A stretch of 64,000 nt of DNA from a virus. Its lineage: Duplodnaviria; Caudoviricetes. The notes beneath the pieces are model-generated. The model searched no databases, had not been told where the DNA came from, and was given only the letters and a program-made list of their open reading frames with translations. The stretch spans positions 96,001 through 160,000 of the IMG/VR virus record IMGVR_UViG_3300028603_000018; one strand, written 5' to 3'. This document shows positions 30,644 to 41,509 of this stretch, piece by piece (the first letter of the stretch is position 1; the number at the start of each line of letters is the position of its first letter). Made by a program: the position numbers and the translations under genes.

Positions 30644-31924
30644 ATGTCTAACAACTTTAACGCTACTGCACCTAAAATTTTATATGACAAAATTGATCCT
30701 ATTGAATCTATCAATGAATCTAACAATCATTTTGATCCAAAAGAAGTAGCTGGTCTTACCGGATCTAGTTCTAATCAAGAAGTAAGTAGCAATGCTTTTG
30801 TTCCTACTAGCATCCGAGGATCTCGTGTGTCAGAAGCAGCCGTTAATAAAGATCTTACCCTACCTCAGTGGTTAGCTTCTATTTGTCCTTTTATTGATTT
30901 CGACTCAGCTCGCTTTTCTGAACTGTGTTGGGCTATCCGAGCTGATCATAATCTCTCTACTGTTACGCGTATCAAACATTTCAGCAGTAACACCACTGCT
31001 AATACAAATGAGATCTTCGATTTCCTTCGAGATAAGTATAAGATTCATTATGAATCTGATCATACCTTCCGTACTTTCCAGGAAGATCCTAAAGTAAAAG
31101 GTGTCTTAGGTCTTTACCTTATCGCTGGTAAAAGCAATGGTACGCCCATTATCATTGCTACAGGTGATAAGGAATTGGTTGATGAAGTCATCAACCCTAT
31201 CAGTGAGCGTTATAATGAGCCTTCCGTTATTACTATTGAAGAACTCAGTAACTTCTCTAAAGATGGTCCTATTACTTCCACTATTGAGATGGTTGAAGGA
31301 AAGGTCTCTAAAGTAGGCCATGATGCTTTCTATCCGTTCTTGAAGCTTAAAGACGATACCCCCTTCTCTATTAAAGAATTCGCTAAGCGTTATAAAGAGA
31401 GTTCTTCTAATATCCTGCTTCTCATTGGTGATGTCGGTCTTGGGAAGTCTGTTCTCTTGAAAGCACTAATGATGGAATTGGGCTTTAAGAAAAACGGTGT
31501 TGCTAATGGTAATAACACCACAATGAATCCTCAATTTATCGAATGGTTGAAGGATTTCAAGGACAATAGTATTGTCGTTATTGAAGACGCTCATGACCTT
31601 GTACTGAGTCGTGATGAAGGTAACGCGCAAATGTCTAACGTTTTGAACTATGCTGAAGGTATTACCTCTCGCAATAACAAACTCGTTATCTCCACGAACT
31701 TAACTGATACTTCTAAAGTGGATCGTGCTCTGCTTCGTGCAGGTCGTTGCTATGATGTATTGGAATTTCGTGAACTGCGCGGTGAAGAGATTAATGCGGC
31801 TCGTACCGCAATTGGTCTAGACGCTATTGAAGTAACTGAAGCTGCTCAGATGAGTTTGGCTAAAGCGCTTAACTTTGAAGAGACTACAGAACGTCATAAA
31901 CCTTCTGGTGGCGTGGGCTTCTAA
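30644..31924 (+). CDS. AAA+ family ATPase
   Basis: Walker A GDVGLGKS, Walker B IVVIEDA, sensor I STN, and SRH DRALLRAGRCY. Confidence 0.88.
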   Translation: MSNNFNATAPKILYDKIDPIESINESNNHFDPKEVAGLTGSSSNQEVSSNAFVPTSIRGSRVSEAAVNKDLTLPQWLASICPFIDFDSARFSELCWAIRADHNLSTVTRIKHFSSNTTANTNEIFDFLRDKYKIHYESDHTFRTFQEDPKVKGVLGLYLIAGKSNGTPIIIATGDKELVDEVINPISERYNEPSVITIEELSNFSKDGPITSTIEMVEGKVSKVGHDAFYPFLKLKDDTPFSIKEFAKRYKESSSNILLLIGDVGLGKSVLLKALMMELGFKKNGVANGNNTTMNPQFIEWLKDFKDNSIVVIEDAHDLVLSRDEGNAQMSNVLNYAEGITSRNNKLVISTNLTDTSKVDRALLRAGRCYDVLEFRELRGEEINAARTAIGLDAIEVTEAAQMSLAKALNFEETTERHKPSGGVGF

Positions 31925-31954
31925 TCTATAAAACAAAAAAAGGAAAGTAATTTC

Positions 31955-32356
31955 ATGTCTAAAGTAGTCTTTAGTAAATTGTACCGTAAGTTGTTAGCTG
32001 GTGAACTTCTTGATGGCTTGCAACCTATGGGCGAAGGTTTAACTTCTCGCTCTCAATATGAGTTGGACGGTTATCGTTTTGTCTTTTATGTACTCATTCG
32101 TCCTGAACAGTCTAAGATCGTCTCTGAGAGTAAAAACATCAGTTATACAGGCGCGTACTACTTCGGGCCTCTTCCGAACAACGTAGAGGGTTTAAAAGCC
32201 CTCCCAGAGGGTGTTATCTATAACACTGTAGTTAGCTCTACTGTAACTACTGGTTTGGATGAAGAAGCGCTCAATAAAGTTATCAATACTGCTATTGACG
32301 ACTTCTACGATAAAGCCAGTGTTTATGGTTTGACTGAATCTGCTTTGTTGGTTTAA
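31955..32356 (+). CDS. Hypothetical protein
   Basis: RBS AAGGA; followed by a hairpin terminator at 32366-32415. Confidence 0.65.
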   Translation: MSKVVFSKLYRKLLAGELLDGLQPMGEGLTSRSQYELDGYRFVFYVLIRPEQSKIVSESKNISYTGAYYFGPLPNNVEGLKALPEGVIYNTVVSSTVTTGLDEEALNKVINTAIDDFYDKASVYGLTESALLV

Positions 32357-32507
32357 GTAATCATTCTTAGGGAGTCTTTAGGACTCCCTAAGTTTGCCTT
32401 TCTTTCTTTTTTTTTTACTATAACAAAATAATTGGAGATTAGAAATAATCAATTACATATAACTATTGTGAATAGACTTCCCCAATCCACTCATTCAAAG
32501 GAAAATC

Positions 32508-32786
32508 ATGGTACTGAACCTTACCTCAGAAGAAGTGAGTCAAATACAAACTGTCGTAGTTGAGGCAAATGTCGAAGAAAAAGAGTTATTGAATGAAACC
32601 CTCCGCACAGCTAACACGCGGCAAGAAATTCTCAAGCTTTCTTTTAACGTCGCCACTTATTGCTCCCTTTACAATTGCAAAGCAGTAATTCTTAAAGGTC
32701 CCAACCCTAATTCAAGTGAGTTAAGCGCTCAGTTGCGCTCATTAGGCATTCTTGCTTTATTCACTACGGATAAAGTTAAGGTATGA
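32508..32786 (+). CDS. Hypothetical protein
   Basis: Own promoter-like motif at 32455, RBS, flanked by hairpins. Confidence 0.6.
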   Translation: MVLNLTSEEVSQIQTVVVEANVEEKELLNETLRTANTRQEILKLSFNVATYCSLYNCKAVILKGPNPNSSELSAQLRSLGILALFTTDKVKV

Positions 32787-32793
32787 TTATACA

Positions 32794-32832
32794 GCATAAT
32801 TGGGAGAGCTAATTGCTCTCCCGGTTTATGCC
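32794..32832. repeat. Hairpin-family element, 38/39 identical (inverted) to 47083-47121
   Basis: Direct sequence comparison. Confidence 0.9.
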
Positions 32833-32860
32833 TTTCTTTTTTTCTACTTAAGTAGTTATA

Positions 32861-33727
32861 TTAGAAATTTTGTTGTTGTTGACCAACACGCTCCACACCT
32901 CGTGCATAGCCTTCACGGAGTGCTTGTACATCAGAGCTAATAGAATCAATAAAGCTTGTACGGAATGCTGGGTTAGCACCTAAGGTATTAATATTCCGGA
33001 GAATTCCTTGTGCTAAGGTATCAACACCTACACCGTATTGCATGATACCACCGAACTCGATATCTAGGTTACGGGTTTCCATTGCCGAAGTAATTTCACG
33101 ACGACCTAAGATATCGCCAGTACTACGTGGGAAAAGGTTAGTTACTAAGAAAGCTTGAACTACGTTTGCCCAGTGTGGATCAGGTTCAATAAAGAGCATG
33201 GTGAACGTGTAGTTATCTGGTAACCAGTCTGCGATGTTACGACCACCTGGGAGTGTAGACACACCTGCCACTTTGGAGTCTTCGTTCATCATCAGCATCT
33301 GGATATAATAACGCCAGAAACGACTCGTCGCCATCCCATATCGATCGATCCAGGACATGGTTACGTTAGTCTGAGCAATCGTCACGTTAGTGAATTCATG
33401 CTGGACCTGACCACCGCCACCAATAGCATGTTCAGCTGTCTCAACGGTCAGTGTAGCATTAAGACCGTCAATTCGCATTGCTTGTTCTTCTACTAGCTGC
33501 CGTAGTGTACCACGTAGAAACTCAGGCTCAGGACAATAGTCAAACCCTCGTGGCGCTTCCATCAGAATAGGAATGAGCGGACGACCAACGTGCGCAGCAT
33601 TACTAATCCAGTTAGGAAGGTTATTTGAATAACCCATTTGACCTGGTAAGGTTAAGTTTACCATGGGTGCATAGGCTAAACGAGCATAACCAACTCTGTT
33701 CTTCAGAATTTCTTCATCATTACGCAT
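32861..33727 (-). CDS. Tail tube protein (phiKZ gp30-like)
   Basis: 288 aa, directly downstream of the sheath; YTFTMLFIEPDP...AFLVTNLFP motif. Confidence 0.8.
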   Translation of the reverse strand: MRNDEEILKNRVGYARLAYAPMVNLTLPGQMGYSNNLPNWISNAAHVGRPLIPILMEAPRGFDYCPEPEFLRGTLRQLVEEQAMRIDGLNATLTVETAEHAIGGGGQVQHEFTNVTIAQTNVTMSWIDRYGMATSRFWRYYIQMLMMNEDSKVAGVSTLPGGRNIADWLPDNYTFTMLFIEPDPHWANVVQAFLVTNLFPRSTGDILGRREITSAMETRNLDIEFGGIMQYGVGVDTLAQGILRNINTLGANPAFRTSFIDSISSDVQALREGYARGVERVGQQQQNF

Positions 33728-33796
33728 TTTTCATTCTTACCTTGTTAACACTCCTCCCTTATTAGAGAGGAGCAGTCTGTTTATCTCGTTATTTAG

Positions 33797-35917
33797 TTAA
33801 GCCCGAACACCTTGATCGGCAGGAGCATCTACAATACGGAAGCCCTCAATCGAGTACGTACCGACAGTCTTCATAACACCTGCGTAAAGCTTGATATTCG
33901 TCTTCCAGCTAAATCCACGTTGTGCATCTCGACCAGTAATTGTCGACTCAGGAATAATAATGACACGATCATCGAATCGACCTACAACATTCTCACGAAT
34001 CTCTCTATCAATAGAGTCACAGAGTTGCTGGTCAGTCATCTTCGAAATACCGGTATGATTACGCCAGCTTTGCTCTGCTACAGTTTCTAGTTCAGCAACA
34101 ATGAAAGCATTGATCATGCTAGTGAAGATAGAAGTATCGTTAGGATAAACGGACTTATACGCAGGAATCATTACACGCTTAGTATCGTAGGATTGAACAG
34201 TCATCAGACCTGCATCCCAATCTTTGTTACGTGCAGTAATAGGCGTAAAGGTAACGTTGATCTTAGCAAACGTATCTACAATATGGTTAGGTGGCTCTGG
34301 ATTAGCAGTACCTTCCCAGAAACCATTACCTGCACCCATATAGGCAGCAAACTTAGAAGCCAGTTCAATAGTCAGTGGTAAATTACCCCGCCATTTATCT
34401 TCTAAGTACGTACCACTTCGACCCATGATGTGAGCGCGGAAGGTAGGCGTTCCAAATACGTTAGATTCAGGGAACATCAGTGCGCGAGTTCGAATAGAGA
34501 TCGCTAAGGAGTTCTCTTGAGAAGAAGTCAGCACTGGTCCTTGAATATCAAACGGCGTAAGGATAACGTTCGTATTCTTACGCAGAGCGATAAACTTAAG
34601 CATCTCATACTTCGTATCCAGTGAGAAGCCTGTATCATAAAGAACAGATTCTACGCGACGAGCAGTATCTTGCAGATGAGAGTTGGGATCACCATATTGA
34701 CTAAAGAATTCCCGAGCCAGTAAATCAAACGTCTGAGCAGTCATCGTACCATCACCACCACCACGAGCATACTGAACACTATTCTCAGAGAGAATAACTG
34801 CGTCAGCATTACTGCGATCGATTTGGTAGGAGTAATAAGGTACACCAGTAGAAGTGGTTCCACCGATAAAGTTAAAGACGTGTTCTTCATCACTACCGTC
34901 ATTACGGAAGTCAGAGAACAGAGCTGGCATTAAGTTAACTTCAGCTTCATAGAAATCTTTAACTAAAGTATCGATATAGTTCGTATAGATATACTCGTTA
35001 CCAAAAGGACCAATGGTATCTGGTAACTGAGGATCACCTTTACGTTCCCAAGCAGGAATGAATAGATCACCTACGAAGATATCTTGATCTAAACGACGTG
35101 AGTAAGCATCGACTTTAAAGCATCCATCAATATATTGTTCAGCTGATAAAGTTTCAACAATTTTTGGGAGCGTGTATTCATCACGACGCTCTAAGCATTG
35201 GAAGCGATATGGGTAAGCCCGTGCTTCTTCAATGATAGTTTGGTCTACTGGAATAGAACTACGAGTAGTAGGTGCATAAATACGAGCACCAATGTTATTA
35301 CCATAAGCACCAAAATCCGACACCCGAAGGTCACGAATTGGAAACTTACGAGATTGAGCGCCTGTAGATACATCGACTTGCGCACCGTTACCGATTGTAC
35401 CTTTACCAAACATGTCTTCATTAGTAACAGGATCTGGTAGAATCTCTTCTGCCACCATCATGACTTTAAAGCCAGGTACAGTATCACCCGTTTCAACAGG
35501 TAGATTGGTCACAGAGTCATAAACAATACTACCGTCTTCAGCATTACGTTCATAAAGCGGAATGTCTGTTTCTAATACGTCTAAAGAAATACGTAAAGTT
35601 GCTGGATCAGGAGCATCGGCAGGACGCAGTCGCTGATACATTTGTGAAGCGTTGCCACGACGCTGCATGGCGTTCGAGACGATTAAGTGGTGTTGCGCGT
35701 ATTTACTACGCACATCAAAAGTTTTGCTACCAAAGATAACTTCCCTACTTGCTCCGCTTGCTAACACACCCGTAGTAGGACCACGTTCTGCAAAGATGAC
35801 AGTCAGTGGGCAGTGAGTAGGGCGCTGTTCCGGCTCCAGTACAGGTACAGTGGTAGAACTGTCCTTAGTACCTTGTAATAGCGCCAGAGGCGTAGCATTG
35901 ATAATTTCAGTGCTCAT
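33797..35917 (-). CDS. Contractile tail sheath protein (phiKZ gp29-like)
   Basis: 706 aa; INATP..QGTKD, PTHCPL..FAERGP, GGGDGT and YDTGFSLDTK motifs; codon use typical of an abundant protein. Confidence 0.85.
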   Translation of the reverse strand: MSTEIINATPLALLQGTKDSSTTVPVLEPEQRPTHCPLTVIFAERGPTTGVLASGASREVIFGSKTFDVRSKYAQHHLIVSNAMQRRGNASQMYQRLRPADAPDPATLRISLDVLETDIPLYERNAEDGSIVYDSVTNLPVETGDTVPGFKVMMVAEEILPDPVTNEDMFGKGTIGNGAQVDVSTGAQSRKFPIRDLRVSDFGAYGNNIGARIYAPTTRSSIPVDQTIIEEARAYPYRFQCLERRDEYTLPKIVETLSAEQYIDGCFKVDAYSRRLDQDIFVGDLFIPAWERKGDPQLPDTIGPFGNEYIYTNYIDTLVKDFYEAEVNLMPALFSDFRNDGSDEEHVFNFIGGTTSTGVPYYSYQIDRSNADAVILSENSVQYARGGGDGTMTAQTFDLLAREFFSQYGDPNSHLQDTARRVESVLYDTGFSLDTKYEMLKFIALRKNTNVILTPFDIQGPVLTSSQENSLAISIRTRALMFPESNVFGTPTFRAHIMGRSGTYLEDKWRGNLPLTIELASKFAAYMGAGNGFWEGTANPEPPNHIVDTFAKINVTFTPITARNKDWDAGLMTVQSYDTKRVMIPAYKSVYPNDTSIFTSMINAFIVAELETVAEQSWRNHTGISKMTDQQLCDSIDREIRENVVGRFDDRVIIIPESTITGRDAQRGFSWKTNIKLYAGVMKTVGTYSIEGFRIVDAPADQGVRA

Positions 35918-36222
35918 GAGGTATTCCTACATTCAAATAAAAAAGTTATTATTTCTAATAACTGCTTGTTTATTGTCGTTATACACTAACTATTAGTTAA
36001 GTCAATAGATTTATCTAGAAATTCATCTATTTAAATAACATTAGTGTAGTTAATATTTTTTTAAAGAATGACATTTTTTAAAAAAGCAAGAATTATACTC
36101 CTTGCATAAGATTGCGTGTACATGCCGGGATTATTAAACTGCTTGTATCTTTTGAATTCGCTTAATAACTCCATTAAATTCCTTGTGGAGTAATAACATG
36201 TTATTAGTAAGGATCTAGAAAA

Positions 36223-37134
36223 ATGACCGTACTTAAAACGGCTTACGATACAACTATTGGTAAGTTGAAATCTCAAGACAATGCAGATGTAGCTATTAAA
36301 CAAGCTATTTTAACTGGTGAGTTAGGAGCTAGTGATAAAGTTAATACCATTATGCGTATTAAAAATAAAGCGATTGAGGAGATCCCAGCTTTATTATTTC
36401 CCCGAGTACTCCATGTCAATGAAGAAGAGCGTGTCTTTGTAGATATGCGTTACTTCACAACTCAAGGTATTGGATTAGCAGATATCAGGATTAATAACCG
36501 TCCTGAATTTGACTTTTCTAGTTATTGGGCAAGTTATCAATATCGTTGGATTTCTGAACGTCCTAGCAACCTAAGGATTATCTCTCCTATTGGTATGGCT
36601 GCTTACGCTAACTGGGTTAGTGATATGATCTCTAAACGACTGTCGTTAGATATTAGAGAGAGTATTCCTCTAAAAGTAATTACTGCTTACTACTACGCTT
36701 ATCAATTCCAAGATGCTGAGTTTAGTGAAGTAGAGAAGAATAACATCTTCCGTTTAATTAGTCGTAATCTTCATACACCTATTGATATTGTACTTCAGCT
36801 CATTGCTAATGCTGAGCCAATTAATAATCTTCAAGATTATTGTAATGCTTTAAAACAAATCATTGGTAGTATTCGTTTAGATAAACTCACGCCTGGACTA
36901 TTACTTTCATTAGTTCAAGGGTCTTGGTTTGGTGTTAATGCTAGAGAGATTATTGCTGTTGCTTTAGAACACCCTCCGACTTGGCTAGCTATCGTTACAT
37001 CAGCGCTAAATAATAGGATTTATAAATCTACACCTATTATGAAAGCAATTGAACGTTCTCTTAATCGAGTTAGCATCAGTGATGCAGCACTAACATTCAA
37101 ACGAGCCTCTGGTGTAGAAGCTCATTTTAATTAA
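36223..37134 (+). CDS. Virion structural protein (phiKZ gp28-like)
   Basis: Position between sheath and terminase; ALEHPPTW motif. Confidence 0.65.
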   Translation: MTVLKTAYDTTIGKLKSQDNADVAIKQAILTGELGASDKVNTIMRIKNKAIEEIPALLFPRVLHVNEEERVFVDMRYFTTQGIGLADIRINNRPEFDFSSYWASYQYRWISERPSNLRIISPIGMAAYANWVSDMISKRLSLDIRESIPLKVITAYYYAYQFQDAEFSEVEKNNIFRLISRNLHTPIDIVLQLIANAEPINNLQDYCNALKQIIGSIRLDKLTPGLLLSLVQGSWFGVNAREIIAVALEHPPTWLAIVTSALNNRIYKSTPIMKAIERSLNRVSISDAALTFKRASGVEAHFN

Positions 37135-37148
37135 GAAGATTTAAAACC

Positions 37149-39740
37149 ATGCAGAAATACGATTACTTAACTGACTATGTATTAAAAAATGTATGGTGCT
37201 CTCCTCGTTTAGATTATACCTTTGTTATTGAACCAAAAAGAATAACACATCGGTATGGCGAATGGAACACAGTTAACACAGGTTGGAGAATTGTTTCTTT
37301 ACCTAAAAAGTCTACTCGCTTTCACGTATTTCAATACGGTCAAATCTATCCCTTACTACTTAACTTACCTAACAGTAGAAATAACTGGACCCTCATTAGT
37401 CAAGCTTGTAATGAGCAAAATATGTTGGTTGATATCTATACGAAAGATGGTATCATGCTTCCTAGAACCAAGGCATGGTATCAGGTAACGAGAGATAACA
37501 ACTTAATTATGGCTATTGAAGAGAGTGATGTTATTGACGCTCCCTATGGTGATGAACCTATCTATTTTAGGTTCTATACCAATGCCTATTTTAGAAGTCC
37601 ACGCTCATATCCCCAATCACAAGCTGTTACTATCACTGGTAAGCGTATTGATACAGTTACTGAAATTGTCACGTATCAAAACCAGGTAGAAGCCTTGAGA
37701 TTACAACATGGTGCAGTGTTCTGCTTTGTTAATGGTATCTATGTGAATAGCATTACTCCACTAACAGCTAGAATAGGTGATGAGGTAGAATATGTTTACG
37801 ATAGCTCTATTAAGAAAATTGTTACATTTAAGTTAAGTGAACTAAAAGAATTTGAGAGTACTTTAGATAATCGAAGGAAGTTCCTTTTAAACTATCCTCG
37901 TGATCCTGGTGATGAACCTATTGTTGATTATAAAGATGATATTGACGTTTACTTAATGAAACGTGATTCACCTATTAGTAATCGTTATAGAGGTAGGTAT
38001 TATAGTCATAATAGTTCAGATTGGTTAAGAAACTTAACTCATCGAGATTATAGCATTCCCGTTCAACTCATCAATAGTTATATTCAAGCTAATCCAGAAT
38101 GGCCTAATTCAAACGATATTGAAATCCAACTCTTTATTAGGCACGGTGGATTTGATCACAAGTTAATTTTTGAAGATAGCCGTATCCACGAACTCTATAA
38201 ACTCAGTGATGAAAAGATTCCCAGAGCTATGGTAGGGATTGATTCTACTTTAGAGTATTGGAGAGCAGCACATTTGGAAGCTTCTTTCTATACAAAAGCG
38301 ATGGGTATTAAAATCACTGAAGTGGATAGGGAATTAACTGAAGACCTCTTAGGTTATAACGCAATCAGTAAAGTGTTAGGTGATACACCTAACTTACTTT
38401 ATCCTAAGATGGGTCCTATGGTGGCTGATGTTCCTTATGGACTTCAATACCAATGTACAGGTTTTGAGTATGATGATGACGGTAAGTTACTAGGTTACAA
38501 TCACCATACTGGAACGAGTCAGTGGCCTATTCGAAATGATGATGCTAAATTCGTAGAACTCATTGCTAACTATAGCGACCGTTTACTAGATGAGTATTAT
38601 GGTTCTCCTGAAGTAGCTATTGATCCTCTTTACGAATATCGTTGCTATACTTGTCCTATTATTAATGGTATTCCTAGTAATGAGTGGACTGATGTAACAG
38701 ACTCTGGTAACTATCACATTGATAACGATAATCGTTTAATTTGGTTAGTCAATCCAAATACTACCTATACATTAGTTCGTTCTAATCGACGTAATTTAGT
38801 GTATAGTACTTCTATTACACCTACTTCAGCCACTACTCGCTTTGCAATTAAACAACAGTCCTTTAGAGAAGGAGTGTTATTAGAGCACAATATGCAAATC
38901 CCAATGGGGGAATTAGATATTTGGCTAAACGGACATTCTTTAATTGAAGGTGTGGATTATAAGGTTGAGTTTCCTGAGGTAGTTATCATTGGTAAGAAGT
39001 GGTTAAAAGTCCCTCAAGATGGTCCTCAGGATATTACGATTCGCTTCACTAATTTTTGTGATTCTGACCTCAACTATAATAGAGCTGGGGATAGAGGTTA
39101 TGTCAACCACGGTGTTATTAGCCATAATGACGTTTTCAATATCTTAGATGATAAAGTCTTACGCATTATTATCGGTGGTAAGACTTACATGCGTCAAGAT
39201 GTAGAATTTGCTGAAGATCATGGTGGTGGAACTGATCCACATCCTTTAAATGGACAACCTTATTTTGTTAGGGATATCATTGTTCCTACACGAGGTTTAA
39301 CGGATCAAAGTGCTTATGAGTTAAGGGATAAGAGTTTAGTGATTGATCAAAAGGTGAGTGACTATATGTCTATTCATTTACCTAATCCACATTATGGAAA
39401 TCCTAACGCTGTACTTGAAAGGTATCCTGTTGTCTCACCGTTCATTAATATCATCCTTCATGACTTACGAGCTGGTATTTTAAACGATCCTCGTATTCAA
39501 GGTTGGTATACAGATATGGAGGTGAGGGAAATTGTTAGTGATTACGAAAGATATCTTATCTTTGATCCTACTCAGCCTGAGAATCAATTAGATCCTACTT
39601 ATGTAGTTTGTGTACCTCATGTATTTGACTATGTGGTAGAGGTCAATCTCTTTATCTACCGATTCTTAGATAGAGTAGTCAAGCTCTATTGTAATAACCT
39701 AATTCAACTTTCTCATTTCTTAAAGTTAGAAGAATACTAA
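37149..39740 (+). CDS. Virion structural/baseplate protein (phiKZ gp27-like)
   Basis: 863 aa; NVWCSP N-terminus; LNGHSLIEGVDY; synteny. Confidence 0.65.
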   Translation: MQKYDYLTDYVLKNVWCSPRLDYTFVIEPKRITHRYGEWNTVNTGWRIVSLPKKSTRFHVFQYGQIYPLLLNLPNSRNNWTLISQACNEQNMLVDIYTKDGIMLPRTKAWYQVTRDNNLIMAIEESDVIDAPYGDEPIYFRFYTNAYFRSPRSYPQSQAVTITGKRIDTVTEIVTYQNQVEALRLQHGAVFCFVNGIYVNSITPLTARIGDEVEYVYDSSIKKIVTFKLSELKEFESTLDNRRKFLLNYPRDPGDEPIVDYKDDIDVYLMKRDSPISNRYRGRYYSHNSSDWLRNLTHRDYSIPVQLINSYIQANPEWPNSNDIEIQLFIRHGGFDHKLIFEDSRIHELYKLSDEKIPRAMVGIDSTLEYWRAAHLEASFYTKAMGIKITEVDRELTEDLLGYNAISKVLGDTPNLLYPKMGPMVADVPYGLQYQCTGFEYDDDGKLLGYNHHTGTSQWPIRNDDAKFVELIANYSDRLLDEYYGSPEVAIDPLYEYRCYTCPIINGIPSNEWTDVTDSGNYHIDNDNRLIWLVNPNTTYTLVRSNRRNLVYSTSITPTSATTRFAIKQQSFREGVLLEHNMQIPMGELDIWLNGHSLIEGVDYKVEFPEVVIIGKKWLKVPQDGPQDITIRFTNFCDSDLNYNRAGDRGYVNHGVISHNDVFNILDDKVLRIIIGGKTYMRQDVEFAEDHGGGTDPHPLNGQPYFVRDIIVPTRGLTDQSAYELRDKSLVIDQKVSDYMSIHLPNPHYGNPNAVLERYPVVSPFINIILHDLRAGILNDPRIQGWYTDMEVREIVSDYERYLIFDPTQPENQLDPTYVVCVPHVFDYVVEVNLFIYRFLDRVVKLYCNNLIQLSHFLKLEEY

Positions 39741-39759
39741 ACCTCTAAAGAGAGTATCA

Positions 39760-41448
39760 ATGAGTAATACGCCTTTTCTTAACCCTCTTGGTATTGACGG
39801 GAGGGCTTTAGTTCAAGATCCCTATAGTACATGGAAGATATGGAACTATAGTGAGATTTATTTTGGAGCAGGGAGTCCATCCACTGCTATTTATATCCCT
39901 AAAGTCAATGACCTCATTCTGAATTTAGATGAAGGTATCTTCTATATTGTTCTTCAGATTGATCCCGTTAGTTATATTCCTGTAATTAAACGTTATGTCA
40001 TCAGCACGGCTTCCGAAGAAGATGGTAATGGACTTCTACTTGGTGTAGGCGTTGGTTCGGCTTCAGAGTTGAATCGTGTTTATATCAACAAAACCACTAT
40101 TCCTTATTCAGCAGTTGTCGATAGGAGGAAATGGGTGGGTGGATCTGATGCTGCCTATGCTATCGCTTATCGTGGTTCTCCTGTATCAGGTAGTCCTATG
40201 GAGGTCATCTCAATTATGTATGACACCAATAGTTCTACTATCTTAGGTAATGAGATTCCACTGGAGGATGTTACTGCACCTGGTTTTGCTAATTGTAAAG
40301 TTATTAAACCTTTCTATACGAAGGTTGATTTACAAGATAATGAGATTGTTACTATCATTGTTTATAATAATGAGAATACAGCCATTGAGCGAGGACAGCT
40401 ACTTGTTGAAAATACAGCCTGGATTCGAGATCAAACTGATAGTCTGAAATACATTGTCGATATCTTCTGCACTTCACCCTTCATTAAAGATACTGATCCT
40501 GATCTTATTGTCTATCCTCTTAATCTACCAAAGAACGCTTTAAACTTATTTGGTACAGTTCTTTATAGTGATGGTGAACAACGTACCTTACCAGTTAATG
40601 GTGGTAAGTTCTCTATGATGGGTCTTTCTGGTTTCGTAGCAACTTATCCTAACCAAACAGATGAATGGGTATTAAACTATCAATTAGATCAAAATGAGGC
40701 TGTTCATGGAGCTGTAGTGGGTCAACATTATTCCATGACAAAACCCTATCGCGTCAAAGTAACTCAAGTCCAAGGAATGTATTCTGTTAAACTCTTTGGA
40801 TTCCCTGTATGGATTAACGCAGTCAATGGCTACACTATGCGTTGGTTCTTATACAGTTTAGAGAGACAAGAGTGGTTTGATGTCACTCCTTACGTTCGTG
40901 TTGGTGCGAATAGCCCTGCGTTTGATCCTACCCTTTATGGTGTTAACCAACAAATTCAATGGGTAATTGAATTAAAAGATGTTGACCCTGTCTATGGTGA
41001 CTGGACTCATACTCAGGTTATTAATATCGCCTTAATGCGTCAAGGAACAGAAGTCATCATGCCTCGCTGGACAGTAAGAGATCAGGGTCAGGCTGAACCT
41101 TACGGACGTGATATTGAATGTCAAATGACTTTCATCAACCAGAACTTACGTCAGCTTAATTTTGGTTCTGGTTTAGCTACAAAAGCTCAATGGTTAGAAA
41201 AAGCGTATTATGAACTTAACCCGCTTTATAATTCCTTAGCTGAAACTAAACCTATTGAACCCGATTATATTAAGATTAGAACAGGGTCTGGTTTAGAGAT
41301 GGAAATCAGTGTGGATGATTGGAATAGTGATATTCCGACTAACCTTCCAATTGTCGCTAATGAAACCCTTTTCTTACATTTCGTAAAACGTACTGCTGAT
41401 AGTGAACTACAGTTAGCTGTTGGTGGGTGGTCTGTAAGACAACTGTAA
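39760..41448 (+). CDS. Virion structural/baseplate protein (phiKZ gp26-like)
   Basis: 562 aa; synteny next to the terminase. Confidence 0.65.
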   Translation: MSNTPFLNPLGIDGRALVQDPYSTWKIWNYSEIYFGAGSPSTAIYIPKVNDLILNLDEGIFYIVLQIDPVSYIPVIKRYVISTASEEDGNGLLLGVGVGSASELNRVYINKTTIPYSAVVDRRKWVGGSDAAYAIAYRGSPVSGSPMEVISIMYDTNSSTILGNEIPLEDVTAPGFANCKVIKPFYTKVDLQDNEIVTIIVYNNENTAIERGQLLVENTAWIRDQTDSLKYIVDIFCTSPFIKDTDPDLIVYPLNLPKNALNLFGTVLYSDGEQRTLPVNGGKFSMMGLSGFVATYPNQTDEWVLNYQLDQNEAVHGAVVGQHYSMTKPYRVKVTQVQGMYSVKLFGFPVWINAVNGYTMRWFLYSLERQEWFDVTPYVRVGANSPAFDPTLYGVNQQIQWVIELKDVDPVYGDWTHTQVINIALMRQGTEVIMPRWTVRDQGQAEPYGRDIECQMTFINQNLRQLNFGSGLATKAQWLEKAYYELNPLYNSLAETKPIEPDYIKIRTGSGLEMEISVDDWNSDIPTNLPIVANETLFLHFVKRTADSELQLAVGGWSVRQL

Positions 41449-41456
41449 CATGTCAT

Positions 41457-41489
41457 AAATAAGAGAGCTAAATGCTCTCTTATTTTTTT
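41457..41489 (+). terminator. Intrinsic terminator (hairpin family)
   Basis: AAATAAGAGAGC...GCTCTCTTATTT followed by a T run. Confidence 0.75.
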
Positions 41490-41509
41490 CTTTAGAAAAA
41501 AGGTCAGTA